DNA from: an uncultured Acidobacteriota bacterium
Lineage (GTDB): Bacteria > Acidobacteriota > Thermoanaerobaculia > UBA5066 > DATFVB01
DNA: 64,000 nt
Assembly: GCA_963813155.1 (NCBI GenBank)
Contig: CAWEYG010000003.1
Location: 769,866-833,865, forward strand
Direction: 5' to 3'
Shown: one piece after another, positions 49,836 through 59,923 of the stretch
Layout of the letters: the number at the start of each line of letters is the position of its first letter
How positions within the stretch are numbered: position 1 is the stretch's first letter
The notes under the pieces: generated by a model
The model's database searches: none
What the model was told of the DNA's origin: nothing
The model's input: the letters and a program-made list of their open reading frames with translations, nothing else
Translations under genes and position numbers: made by a program

Positions 49836-51548
49836 TTATTCGGCGCCTCCCCCGCCGAGATAACCGAGCGCGCGCATCTTTTTCGAAATCTCCGACATCT
49901 CCGCCGGCGATAGCTGGACGATCGACGCGACTCGAACCTCGAAGGGACCGATCCGGCCCCGGAAGCCCACGGTGATCGGAAGCAGCGGTCCTCGAGGGGA
50001 GACCGTCAGGTGAGCCGTGAGGCCAGGCACTCCATCCAGCGTATCGAACTGCGCCTCGAAATCCTGGTCCTCACCGACCGTAACCGCGATGGGAAGCCGG
50101 CCCGGTTGTCTCGGGTCGATGGGATACCGCTCGCGGTCGAGAAGCGTGAGGTAGGCGGGCTCGCCGTCGGGCAAGTCGATGAATCCCCGAATCGTCCCTG
50201 CGCCCCTGTCCTTCTTCCAGATCCTGATCCCCCCGTAAGACGCGATTTCCCTTCGGCGGTACTGCTCGAGCCTCCTCGTGAGCTCGGAGTCGTTCAGGAC
50301 GGGGTTCTCCTCGCCAGGATCTCGCGCGAGGTCGAACTGCACCCGAAACGGAGGCGTCACCGACGCGATCATTTTCATCGAGCCTCTCCGCATCCCGTAC
50401 TGCCGGTGAAAGTCGAGCTCTTCCGAGAAATAGATCTCGCGCCGCGGATTGGGCTTCGTTCCGTCGATCGCGGTCCCTCGCCAGCTCCGATCCGACGGCA
50501 GGTCGGACCAGTGCGCGAGAGAAGGCAGAAGATCGAGCACGCTCACGGGCAGTTTTTCGACTTCTCCGGGCCTCCCCCAGCCCGGCCCCTTCACGATCAG
50601 AGGGATGTGAACCAGCTCTTCGAACAACGACTGGCCGTGGTAGAGAGACCCGTGCTCGTAAAACTCTTCGCCATGGTCCGCGAGATAAACGACGAGCGCC
50701 TTCTTCCAGAAGTGCTTCTTTTCCAGAGCGGCTCGCAGCCGTGCAAACTGGTCGTCGGCCTGCCGAACGAGGGCGTCGTATTTCGCCAGGCGCCAGTCCC
50801 GGCTGTCGAGATCCATCGGCGCCCGGGAAAAAAGATTCTCGTAGCCGCCGATCCAGTGCCGGTAGGGATTCGGATTCACCGAGATCATGCCGTTGTGGGG
50901 GTCAACGACGTGAACGAACAGGAAAAACCTCGGATCCCGGCGCGACTCGATCCACCGGATGGCCGGCTCGACGATGCTGTCGGCGGTCGCGACCCCTCCG
51001 TCCACCGCGTCCCCCCGAGCCGGTATCGAGACGAACGTCGTGAAGCCGCGCCGGAAACCCAGCTCTTCGGCGTAGATGTTCGGCTGCCCGCAGAACGCGG
51101 CGGTCGCCCAGCCGTTGGCGAGGAACATCGCCGGCATCACGGGGATCCTGTCGGTGAGAGCGCCCCACCGTCCGACCGCCCCCACCTCCGCAGGCCAGCG
51201 GGACGTGAAGAGAGACGCGACCGCGGGGCGTGTCCAGGAAGCGACGGAATAGGCGGCGTCATACCGAACTCCCTCCCGGGCAAGGCGCTCGGCGGCCGGA
51301 GTTGTCGGCCGTTTCGCTCCATACGCGCTCATACGGTCGTACCGAAGCGTGTCAACGAGATAGATCACGACGGGCCCCTGGCCAGTCCCCGGGCCGAGCA
51401 GCGCCGAACCCGCGATCCAGAACGCGGCCACGAGAAGAACGAGAACCGTGGCCGAGACGAGCTTCCTCAAGGGAGCGATTCTTTCAGAGTGCGGGCGTCT
51501 GGTAAACTCCCGCGATGCATTTTCGAGGCGCACGCGGCTCCCTGGCAA
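49836..51548 (-). CDS. Membrane-anchored sulfatase / alkaline-phosphatase-superfamily protein
   Basis: N-terminal TM helix, metal-binding LVDTLRYD region and HGEEF motif of the sulfatase family. Confidence 0.7.
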   Translation of the reverse strand: MPGSRVRLENASREFTRRPHSERIAPLRKLVSATVLVLLVAAFWIAGSALLGPGTGQGPVVIYLVDTLRYDRMSAYGAKRPTTPAAERLAREGVRYDAAYSVASWTRPAVASLFTSRWPAEVGAVGRWGALTDRIPVMPAMFLANGWATAAFCGQPNIYAEELGFRRGFTTFVSIPARGDAVDGGVATADSIVEPAIRWIESRRDPRFFLFVHVVDPHNGMISVNPNPYRHWIGGYENLFSRAPMDLDSRDWRLAKYDALVRQADDQFARLRAALEKKHFWKKALVVYLADHGEEFYEHGSLYHGQSLFEELVHIPLIVKGPGWGRPGEVEKLPVSVLDLLPSLAHWSDLPSDRSWRGTAIDGTKPNPRREIYFSEELDFHRQYGMRRGSMKMIASVTPPFRVQFDLARDPGEENPVLNDSELTRRLEQYRRREIASYGGIRIWKKDRGAGTIRGFIDLPDGEPAYLTLLDRERYPIDPRQPGRLPIAVTVGEDQDFEAQFDTLDGVPGLTAHLTVSPRGPLLPITVGFRGRIGPFEVRVASIVQLSPAEMSEISKKMRALGYLGGGGAE

Positions 51549-52021
51549 TTCTTTCTCTCGCGTTGCTCGCGCTGGCGACCGCCTGCGAACACGATACCGA
51601 GCAGGGCGCGGAGCCGGCTCCCCTCCCGGACTCGGCGTTCAAGGTCGAATGGGGCGCGGCGACGATTCCGCCTTCCCTGAAACCCGGGGAAAAGGTCGTC
51701 GTTTCGGTCACGTTCAAAAACGCCAGCACGCAGACCTGGCCGGACTCGAAGACGGCTGGCGGCAAACCGCCGGGCTCGGGCGCCGTGCGCCTTTCGTACC
51801 GCTGGTGGCCGCCGAGCTCGCCTCTGGCGACTCCGTACACGGTTCGCGCCGATCTGACGACCCCCCTCAAACCGGGGGCTTCCGCCACGCTTCCCATCGC
51901 GGTGATCGCACCGAACGCGCCCGGGGATTACCGGCTCCAGTTCGATCTCGTGGACGAGCTTGTCGCGTGGTTCGAGGAAAAAGGCGCGTCCAAGCTGATC
52001 GAGCCCGTCGCCGTTCGCTGA
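51515..52021 (+). CDS. Lipoprotein with FDLVQExVAWF domain (family member 3)
   Basis: Signal peptide ...LALATAC; FKVEWG...VRLSYRW...GDYRLQFDLVDELVAWFEEKGASKL. Confidence 0.6.
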   Translation: MHFRGARGSLAILSLALLALATACEHDTEQGAEPAPLPDSAFKVEWGAATIPPSLKPGEKVVVSVTFKNASTQTWPDSKTAGGKPPGSGAVRLSYRWWPPSSPLATPYTVRADLTTPLKPGASATLPIAVIAPNAPGDYRLQFDLVDELVAWFEEKGASKLIEPVAVR

Positions 52022-54417
52022 AGAGCTCTCCTGCGCCGCTCGAAAATCGCCAGGAGCATCCAGATCGACGCCGCGAGGCCCGACAACGCCGTTCCGAGCC
52101 TCAGCCCCGGCGGCCGGTAGAAGAACCGAACGTCCGCCTTCCCCGAGGGGACTTCGACTCCGCGAAAGGCATAGTTGACGGGGAGAATCCGCGCCGGCCT
52201 GCCATTGACGGTCGCGAACCAGCCCGGAAAGTCGTTCTCGGAGCAGGCGACAAGGCCCGGCCGCGGCGAATCGAGCGTCAGGGCATAGCCGTTGCGGTGG
52301 AAATCGCGGATTCCGACGGCCGGATCCGCTGACGAATTCGGCAGCCTCGGAAAAGACGGCGGCGACTCGACGATCACCTGCCGCAGCGGAGCACCGGGCG
52401 TCGCGAGGTCCCGAAGCGCCGCCGCCGGCCGGTCGACCCGAAAGTCGGACGAAAAGAAATACCTCGGCAGGGAGACTCGTCGAAAAATCGCGTTCAGCCC
52501 GTCGTCGAAGATTTTTTCGTAGCGGCGCGCCTCGCACTGTTCGATGAGCCCCGGCACTCCTTCGCGAACGACGACGTATCCGATGCTCGCGCTGTCGAGC
52601 ACCGGCTCCGGCGGAATCGTGCTCGCCGACCGAAGAAACGTCGCGTCCCGGCCGCCGGCATAGCGGCGGTAGAGCTCGAAGATTCGGGGCGGATTGAAGG
52701 TCATCAACGAATCGAGGGAGAAGATTCCAAACGCCGAGTTCGTGTCCGCAGGCAACGTGGCGATCGTGAGGCATCGAGTCATGCCCGCGTCGCGGGCGAG
52801 CCGCGCCACGTACGGTGGCGGGTGCCGCCAGACATCCCGCCGATTCTGTCTCGGATACTTTGCGTTCCTCACGCCTTCTCCGGCCACCAGAAGGGCGAGA
52901 ATCGACGCGGCGGAAAAGCGGAGCCAGGCCTTCCTCCGCGCGACGACCGCCACGGCGGCGAGGAATGACGCCAGCAGAGCGCCCAGGAGCAGCACTCTCC
53001 ACTTGTGCTCCCACTGGTGCAGGGCCAGGGGATCCGTGCCGAGGGGTCCGGCAACGTTTTCCTTCAGCGCGAGCACCGCGACGGGGAGAGCGAGCGCCCC
53101 GAGCCAGCCCTTGAGCGGGCCAACCTCGTTCCGAACGAGCGAATCGATTCCGAGGCCCGCCAGAATCGCGATCAGGAAATCGAGGGTGATACCGAAATAG
53201 GCGGCATAGTGGAAAGTCCTGAGACCCGGGACTTCGGCGATCCACTGCACGGGCGCCACTCCGAAAAGCTTGAGCATGACCACGATCGACCCGACACACG
53301 CAAAAACGCCGAGAGCACGGCGCGGGCCGTCCCTGGGCGACGCCAGAAGGGCGAGCAGGACCGCGGCGGCCCCGAGGTACGGGATCTGATAACCATGCGG
53401 GCGTCCGACCGCGTGGACGAGAAAAATCTTCCAGCCGTCCATCAGCGCCGGCGAGAGCAGCTCATAGAGGCACCGGAGCGGGATCGAATCCTTCGCCGCG
53501 CCGGCATAGGCGGCCGTCGCCTGAGGGGTGCTGCGGAGGAGCGTGAAAGCGGGCACGTAGTACCAGGCGACCAGCCCCATGCCGAGGACGCAGGCGCAGG
53601 CCCAGCGAAACGCCGCCCGCCCGCGCGCACGCGCCCGGTTCGCCGCCGGCCACCAGAGAATCCGAGCGATCGCGTAAATGCCGGCGATCGCCAGCGCCTG
53701 AGCCAGAAAAGGAGGAGCACTCGCGAGCGAGATCCCTGCATAGAGAACCGAAAGGCCGCAAACGCGCCGCCACGTCGGATCTTCGAGAAACCAGATCGTG
53801 ACAAAGAGCGCCAACGGAATACAGGCGATCGTCTGGCCGATGAACGAGCCGATGTTCTGGCTGATCGCCCCGCAGAACATGAAGGCCGCGCCGCCCGCGA
53901 AGCTCCCGGCCGCCGACAACTCGTGCTTTCGGAGAACGAGGTAGGTGAAGAGCCCGGCCGTGAAGGCGATTCCGAGAAAATAGAGGTTCTTGAGCAGCGC
54001 CGTATTTCCCAGCAGGACGACGAGCAGGGAGGGCGGAAAGAAATACGCGGCCGTCTGGTTTGCCATCGAAGGAACGCCCCCGCCGATATAAGGGTCCCAG
54101 AACGGCATCTCTCCATCCGCGAGCGCGGCGCGCAAGAACGGCCCGGTGGGCTCCCACTGCCAGAGCCCGGAGCCCGCGTCGTGAAAATTCGCCGTGAGCA
54201 AAAGATTTCGCTCGGCCCAGACTTTCTCCGGAACGAACTCTTCACCGTAGTTCTCGACGGTGAAGCGCGCGTCGAACGGGTTGGCGTTGTCCGAGTAGAC
54301 GAGCGACTTCCCTTGGAAGATGACGTTTCCATAGGCCAGGCAGAGAAGAGCGGCGTAGACGGCGCTCGCGAGCGCGATTTCGCGGAGGAGGGGATTCCTT
54401 CTCGTCTCAGATACCAT
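51928..54417 (-). CDS. YfhO-family membrane protein, paralog of 43932-46343
   Basis: 829 aa; co-linear with the plus-strand YfhO-like gene including the C-terminal DFPGWFATVNGRPARILPVNYAFRGVEVPSG. Confidence 0.7.
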   Translation of the reverse strand: MVSETRRNPLLREIALASAVYAALLCLAYGNVIFQGKSLVYSDNANPFDARFTVENYGEEFVPEKVWAERNLLLTANFHDAGSGLWQWEPTGPFLRAALADGEMPFWDPYIGGGVPSMANQTAAYFFPPSLLVVLLGNTALLKNLYFLGIAFTAGLFTYLVLRKHELSAAGSFAGGAAFMFCGAISQNIGSFIGQTIACIPLALFVTIWFLEDPTWRRVCGLSVLYAGISLASAPPFLAQALAIAGIYAIARILWWPAANRARARGRAAFRWACACVLGMGLVAWYYVPAFTLLRSTPQATAAYAGAAKDSIPLRCLYELLSPALMDGWKIFLVHAVGRPHGYQIPYLGAAAVLLALLASPRDGPRRALGVFACVGSIVVMLKLFGVAPVQWIAEVPGLRTFHYAAYFGITLDFLIAILAGLGIDSLVRNEVGPLKGWLGALALPVAVLALKENVAGPLGTDPLALHQWEHKWRVLLLGALLASFLAAVAVVARRKAWLRFSAASILALLVAGEGVRNAKYPRQNRRDVWRHPPPYVARLARDAGMTRCLTIATLPADTNSAFGIFSLDSLMTFNPPRIFELYRRYAGGRDATFLRSASTIPPEPVLDSASIGYVVVREGVPGLIEQCEARRYEKIFDDGLNAIFRRVSLPRYFFSSDFRVDRPAAALRDLATPGAPLRQVIVESPPSFPRLPNSSADPAVGIRDFHRNGYALTLDSPRPGLVACSENDFPGWFATVNGRPARILPVNYAFRGVEVPSGKADVRFFYRPPGLRLGTALSGLAASIWMLLAIFERRRRALQRTATGSISLDAPFSSNHATSSSTRSNWSR

Positions 54418-54461
54418 CGAGTGCTGGAATCACAGGTTTTCGGCGCTCCGTTCGCATTGTC

Positions 54462-55259
54462 TTATGGCTTCGTCGCGACCATCCGAAGAATGTCGTAGAG
54501 GTTGAGATAGACGGGAGGATCGAGCAGGCCACCCGCAACGACGCGGCGACAGACACTCGCGGCCTTCGTTCCGCCGAGCGGGGACATGCCGTAAAGCATC
54601 GATCGCAGGCTGCGCCAATAGCCGACGGACGACACCGACCGCACCTCAAGTCCCGCCTGCTCAACTGCCCGGGACAGCGTTTTCCTGGAGAAATAGAAGA
54701 GGTGCGTCGGAGGATGGATCTGTCGCCAACGAGACTTTCGCCAGCGGGCAACGAGGCTTCCAATGTCGCCCGTCGTGATTACGAGTGAGCCTCCGGGCTT
54801 GAGCCACCTCGACGCCTTTTCGATCGTTCGCGCGGGCCGCGGAAGGTGCTCGATCGTATCCCAGAGGCAAATGAGGTCGAAAGACTCGGGTTGCTCCGAA
54901 GCATCCAGAAAATCGCCCAGGACGACGGGGAGGCCGAGGACCTCGCGCGAATGCTGCACGCCCTCCTGTGAAACATCGATTCCGAGCACGCTCCAGTGAG
55001 AGCGCGCGAGGTCCAGGAAGAACCCGTACGCGGATCCGATTTCGAGCAGCCGGCCGGCTGGCGCAACTTCCCGCAGGCGGGCGATCTGAGCGCGAAAGTT
55101 GCGCTGAAGGATTTTCCGGTCCGCGTTGTAGTCGAGATACTCGCCTCCCGAGAAGTATTCCTTGCCGTAGAGGCCGTCTTCCGGGATCGGGCCCGCATAG
55201 AAGACGAGGTCACACCTGGGACACTTCACGATTCCAAAACGGGGATAGAGCGAGACCAT
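54462..55259 (-). CDS. SAM-dependent methyltransferase with N-terminal zinc-ribbon (paralog of 36421-37260)
   Basis: ATG at 55259; CPRCD ribbon then motif I LLEIGSAYG. Confidence 0.75.
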   Translation of the reverse strand: MVSLYPRFGIVKCPRCDLVFYAGPIPEDGLYGKEYFSGGEYLDYNADRKILQRNFRAQIARLREVAPAGRLLEIGSAYGFFLDLARSHWSVLGIDVSQEGVQHSREVLGLPVVLGDFLDASEQPESFDLICLWDTIEHLPRPARTIEKASRWLKPGGSLVITTGDIGSLVARWRKSRWRQIHPPTHLFYFSRKTLSRAVEQAGLEVRSVSSVGYWRSLRSMLYGMSPLGGTKAASVCRRVVAGGLLDPPVYLNLYDILRMVATKP

Positions 55260-55288
55260 TTCTTCCGAGTGTCCGCAGAGCTCGCACG

Positions 55289-56344
55289 TCAAGGCCCGGC
55301 CTCGGCGTGGCGACCCGTCAGCTGATCTGACGAGTCGGCGAACCCCAACCGCCGCGAGATGAGATACAGAGGCCGTTGCTTGGCTTCCTCGTAGATTCGG
55401 CCGACGTAGACGCCAATGATGCCTGTCAGACCCAGCTGCGCCCCTCCGATGAGCATCACGATAACGATCAAGGATGTCCAACCAGGGACCACATCCCCGA
55501 CGACGAGACGCGAGTAGAGGATATAGAGGAGATAGCCGAAGCCGGCCAGCACCAGCGCCAGACCGAGGTAGATCGCTACATAGAGTGGCGTCGCCGAGAA
55601 GGAAACCAGCCCGTCCATCGCAAGACGGAGCATCTTTCGCGCGCCGTACTTGGATTCTCCCGAGCGGCGCGACGGAGCCTCGTAAATGACTGCCGTTGAG
55701 CGAAATCCGACCCAGCTGGCGAGCCCTCGCAAGAAACGGGTCCGTTCGCGGATCCTTCCAAATGCTTCGACGACTTTGCGGTCGAGCAGCCGAAAGTCCG
55801 CCGCGTTGCTGGAAAGGTCGAGGCCCGAGAGTGCGCGGAAAAGGCGGTAGAAGAACGATGAGAACAGGCGTTTCAGCGGCCCCGCGTCCTCCATCTCCTC
55901 GCGGATCGTGTAGACAACCTCGAACCCCTCGTTCCAACGCCGGACAAGCTCCCGAATGACCCTGGGGGGGTGCTGCAGGTCGGCATCCATCATGATGACC
56001 GCGTCGCCCGTCGCGCAATCCATCCCCGCAGTAAGAGCGTTCTGGTGGCCGAAGTTTCGGGAGAGGGAAATCAGCTTCACCCGAGGATCCTGCCGGTGAA
56101 GCATCTCGACCGCCGAAGCAGACCCGTCGGTGCTCCCATCATCGACGAACAGGATCTCGAAATCGGCGGCAAGGGGCGAGACTTCTTCCACGAGCAGCCC
56201 ATAAAGAATGGGAACGTTTTCCTCCTCGTTGAAGACCGGAACGACGAGCGAGAGCGTGCGGCTCTGGCTCACGGCACTGCGGGTTGTGTGTTTTTTGTCA
56301 TCGTGCACGAGCTCGATCGGATGGATTGTAGCAGGCCTCTCCAT
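55289..56344 (-). CDS. GT2 undecaprenyl-phosphate aminosugar/hexose transferase (ArnC/GtrB-like) with C-terminal TM helices
   Basis: LSLVVPVFNEE, DDGSTD, MDADLQHPP motifs; 351 aa. Confidence 0.8.
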   Translation of the reverse strand: MERPATIHPIELVHDDKKHTTRSAVSQSRTLSLVVPVFNEEENVPILYGLLVEEVSPLAADFEILFVDDGSTDGSASAVEMLHRQDPRVKLISLSRNFGHQNALTAGMDCATGDAVIMMDADLQHPPRVIRELVRRWNEGFEVVYTIREEMEDAGPLKRLFSSFFYRLFRALSGLDLSSNAADFRLLDRKVVEAFGRIRERTRFLRGLASWVGFRSTAVIYEAPSRRSGESKYGARKMLRLAMDGLVSFSATPLYVAIYLGLALVLAGFGYLLYILYSRLVVGDVVPGWTSLIVIVMLIGGAQLGLTGIIGVYVGRIYEEAKQRPLYLISRRLGFADSSDQLTGRHAEAGP

Positions 56345-56369
56345 GAACGTCCGGCGCCCGCGCGCTTCT

Positions 56370-58019
56370 TCACGGACCCGACGGTCCGCCGTGGAGAATC
56401 CGCGGGGCGCCGAGGGTCACTCCCGAGACTCGGTCAGGAGACACGGGCAGAAAGCCCGTCGCCTCTCCGTAGAATCGGCGACGCACCGACCGCTCCCCGA
56501 AAGGCACAAGGACGAGGGAATAAAGAAGGAGCACGGCGAGAAGTCCCGTCGAGATCGCCGTCCGAAGAGCGCCACATCGAAGAGCCTTCGGCGCATAGAA
56601 GGCTCCAAGCCAGAGCACGGGCAGCAGATACGGGTACCAGTGTCTGCCGACGGTATCCATGCCGTCGAGGGTGACGACATAAAGCACCAGATAGAACGCG
56701 GTGTATAAAACGAGAGCCGACACAAGAGGATTCGAGACCGTCAGCGATACTACCCGCCGGCGACGGCCCGCACGGAAGACCCGGCGAAGACGAGCAAAGA
56801 GCCGGGCGGCAGAGATCAAGGAAAGGGCAAGGACAACCCAGCACCCGATCCTCAAAGCCTGCCAGAAAAACGCGTCGAACCGCGGAGTGCCAACGACGAC
56901 CGGGGTGTCCATCCAGCCGTAGATTCCCGCCGTCCCTCCACCGCCCCAGAACGTCTGAAAGCACGTTCCGCCTCCATAGATCTGGTGCAGCGCGGAAGAA
57001 ACCGCCGCGCCGACATATCGCACCGGCCCGGCGGACCTCCAAAGCTGAGCGGTCTGCCGCGGCTCCATGTCCGCCGTGAGATTCGTGAAACCGTTCCAAT
57101 CGACCCAGAGTTGAACGCCGGCGAGAACAACGCACGGGAGAAGCAAACTGCCGAGCCGAAAGCCCCATCGGCGTTCACCCTTCGGCAGAAGCGCAACTTC
57201 GACCGCGATCATGACCGCCACGGCGCCGAAGGTGGCTGCGAAAAAGTGATACTTCGTGACGAGCAGCGCTCCGAGGGCCAGGCCGGTCCAAATCCACGGT
57301 AATCGGCGGGTCGAACTGCGAATTTCACGCCGCGCTACTAACGCGCCCCAGATCGAAGCCAGCGTGAGGGCTGCGCTCAGGTTTTCGGGATGTGCGCTGG
57401 ACGAAACGGCGATCGTCAGCGGAAAGAATGCGACGGCTGCGGTCAACATCAACGAGCGACCTTTCGAGACGCGCAGCTCTCGAAGTATCCCGAACACGGC
57501 CAAAACCCTGAAGCCGAGCAACAAGACCGAGCTCATCCGCGCTGCAAAGAAGAGCGTCACCAGGCGCGAGTCGAACGTGTTGACGAGGCGCAGCCACGCC
57601 GCGAGCGCCGCGTACCATCCAAACGGATACTCAGCCAGGATGTAGGGGTTTCTCGCCGCGGAGGCTCTGAGACCGGAAGCTTCCCGGTTCAGCTTCGCGA
57701 AGAACGCGGAAGACCCATATCCGGGAGGAATTCGCGACGCGGGGTGGAGATGAACGCCATCGAAATTCGTCCGGGTAGACAGGAGCCATAGGTCGGGGTG
57801 AGTCACGGGAATCAACGACGCGTCGGGTCTCCTTTCGACTACGGGCTTCTCCGCGACCTGGAGGAGTCGACCGGAGGCAGCAACACACCACGCATAGTCA
57901 AGATGGATGTCTTCATCGGGGACCTCGAGCATCGGGACGAGGAAAGCCCAGTAAGCCGAAACCGCCATCGCGGCGACGGCGATCAGCCCGAGAAGAATAC
58001 GCGCCCGCCTTTGACTCAT
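56370..58019 (-). CDS. Polytopic membrane protein (DUF2142/GT-C-like glycosyltransferase candidate)
   Basis: 549 aa, more than 10 TM helices; ATG 58019 overlaps the upstream lipoprotein stop (ATGA). Confidence 0.5.
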   Translation of the reverse strand: MSQRRARILLGLIAVAAMAVSAYWAFLVPMLEVPDEDIHLDYAWCVAASGRLLQVAEKPVVERRPDASLIPVTHPDLWLLSTRTNFDGVHLHPASRIPPGYGSSAFFAKLNREASGLRASAARNPYILAEYPFGWYAALAAWLRLVNTFDSRLVTLFFAARMSSVLLLGFRVLAVFGILRELRVSKGRSLMLTAAVAFFPLTIAVSSSAHPENLSAALTLASIWGALVARREIRSSTRRLPWIWTGLALGALLVTKYHFFAATFGAVAVMIAVEVALLPKGERRWGFRLGSLLLPCVVLAGVQLWVDWNGFTNLTADMEPRQTAQLWRSAGPVRYVGAAVSSALHQIYGGGTCFQTFWGGGGTAGIYGWMDTPVVVGTPRFDAFFWQALRIGCWVVLALSLISAARLFARLRRVFRAGRRRRVVSLTVSNPLVSALVLYTAFYLVLYVVTLDGMDTVGRHWYPYLLPVLWLGAFYAPKALRCGALRTAISTGLLAVLLLYSLVLVPFGERSVRRRFYGEATGFLPVSPDRVSGVTLGAPRILHGGPSGP

Positions 58020-58576
58020 GGCCCCGCCACGACAATCGGAAGGATCAGCCGGTCAGCGCCTTTCGAGGCGAACCACGCGACGTCCTCCTGAACGAGCTCG
58101 AACTCGATCTCATATTTTCCCGCAATCGCCGGAAGATCCACCTGGACCGGGAGAATCACGTCCTTGCCGGGCCGGACGGGCCAGGGCAGGTCGGAACGCG
58201 CGCGCCGGTCCTGGATGACGCGCCCGTCGCGTGGATCGAGACACCTCCAGGCCAGCCGTACGGCATACATACCCGTCGGATGGCTCGGCATCGCAGCCTG
58301 GGCGTCGGGCCAGGTCGCCGAGCCGCGGTTTCGCAACTTCACCGCGAAGGTTGCCCTGGCGCCGGCCACCAGCTCCGAAACGGGCTCCACGGAAATCCAT
58401 TGGACGCGGAACGCGTCGTCGGGAAGCGGCGGAGCGTGCTCCTCCGGGGAAGCTGTACGGCGCGATTTCGAGCAACCCGCCAGCGCAAGACAAAAGGCGA
58501 CCAGAGTCATCTTTCGTAAGCCGCTCGCCAACGTTCCCCGCGCGTTGCCCCGCTGATCAGCCTTCCGGGCAGCCAC
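58016..58576 (-). CDS. Lipoprotein with FDLVQExVAWF domain (family member 4)
   Basis: Classic lipobox LALAGCS; FRVQWI...VRLAWRC...GKYEIEFELVQEDVAWFASKGADRL. Confidence 0.65.
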   Translation of the reverse strand: MAARKADQRGNARGTLASGLRKMTLVAFCLALAGCSKSRRTASPEEHAPPLPDDAFRVQWISVEPVSELVAGARATFAVKLRNRGSATWPDAQAAMPSHPTGMYAVRLAWRCLDPRDGRVIQDRRARSDLPWPVRPGKDVILPVQVDLPAIAGKYEIEFELVQEDVAWFASKGADRLILPIVVAGP

Positions 58577-59923
58577 TCAGCCCTTCACAGGGTTCCCGTC
58601 AACGGCGGAACCAGCTCTCGACTTTCCCCGTGGTCGCCATCGCAGAAGATCCGCGACCACACAGCCACAGGTGCCCCCTCCGAACAGCACGAAGGGCATT
58701 TGCCATACGATGAAATCCATGTGCGTGTGTATGAACGAATGAGCTTTGAACACCACGAACCACGAGACCGGGCCAAGAAAAGCGACCCACGTGGCCAATA
58801 TCAAGGCCATTTCCTTTCGCCGAATTGCCTCCTCCCTCGCGCTCCGGCTGCGGACATAAAGCGCAAGCGACATCGCAATGACGACGGCAATCAGATACAC
58901 ATACCTCATGTTCAGGAAATAGGTCCCGGTCAGGTATCGCGCGATCACAGGTGCCGTACCCGCTCTCAAACTGTCGCCAAATTCAGCCGGGAGCCGCGTC
59001 GGGTCCCCCCGTGTTCTCTTCGCAAATGAATAGATTATGTGGGACACACCCGCCGCAACACGCCCCCGAACGGACGCTATTTGAAAACAGAGAAGAACCA
59101 TGCTGGCAACGACAGCGCTACACGCGCCAGCGATCGACACGGAGAGAATTTGTATCCATCGCCTCACCGGCCACCGTTCAACAGCGCCATAAAACACGCC
59201 TGGAACGAGAACCATGACGATCGTCGTCGTGATGTACTCGTATCCGTTGACCACACATTTCACGAACACACCCAGCGCGACGACGCCGAATAACGCCGCG
59301 AGGTTGACAGCGCGACGACGAGCCGGAGGCCGCAAATAGTAGAGAACGGCACCCAGCGGAACGTAAAATGCCCAGAGCGACCACCACAGATTGCGACCGA
59401 ACACGACGAGCCATTGGGAACAGATGATCGACAGGAGAACACCCACGGCAACCACCGACCTGAATTCAAAATAAAACCACAGAACAATCGCGCTCAGGAC
59501 GAGAGCCGAGATCGAGGCCGTGAGGCCATGGAACACGCGCAACTTTGTTTCCGGCGAGGCGGCCAGCACTCTGTCGAGAATTCCAAATAACATTCCCTGG
59601 CCGCCAATTTGCGAATCGTACGTTGTGAAAGCGCGAAATCGGTAATGGTTCGCGTAGGCTGAATATTGATCGGAAAACGGGTTGTCGGCGTAGTCGACCG
59701 GAACCGTCGTGAGGCTGCCCAGGCCCGGCAGCCCGCCTGCCGCAAGGATGCCATCCTGGCGGCTCTTGACGAGTCTGCCGATGACGTAGCTTTCACTGTC
59801 GCTTTGAAAGTTGGCGAACCAATCCTCGTTGGCGACACCAAAAGAGTTGGTGAAGAAGCTCAAGAACAGGGACGCTACCGAAACGATGACGAGGACCGAC
59901 CCCGCGGCGGCCGACCGGCTCAT
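58577..59923 (-). CDS. Polytopic membrane protein (start at internal ATG, MSRSAAAG...)
   Basis: About 10 TM helices; the track ORF extends to 60145 with an Arg-rich, non-protein-like N-terminus. Confidence 0.45.
   Translation of the reverse strand: MSRSAAAGSVLVIVSVASLFLSFFTNSFGVANEDWFANFQSDSESYVIGRLVKSRQDGILAAGGLPGLGSLTTVPVDYADNPFSDQYSAYANHYRFRAFTTYDSQIGGQGMLFGILDRVLAASPETKLRVFHGLTASISALVLSAIVLWFYFEFRSVVAVGVLLSIICSQWLVVFGRNLWWSLWAFYVPLGAVLYYLRPPARRRAVNLAALFGVVALGVFVKCVVNGYEYITTTIVMVLVPGVFYGAVERWPVRRWIQILSVSIAGACSAVVASMVLLCFQIASVRGRVAAGVSHIIYSFAKRTRGDPTRLPAEFGDSLRAGTAPVIARYLTGTYFLNMRYVYLIAVVIAMSLALYVRSRSAREEAIRRKEMALILATWVAFLGPVSWFVVFKAHSFIHTHMDFIVWQMPFVLFGGGTCGCVVADLLRWRPRGKSRAGSAVDGNPVKG

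Noticed and set aside
58981-59040. Locally AT-rich patch (aaatgaatagattatgt) inside a GC-rich region
   Set aside because: Lies within a continuous reading frame of the membrane protein (encodes ...SHIIYSFAK...); not an island boundary or insertion.
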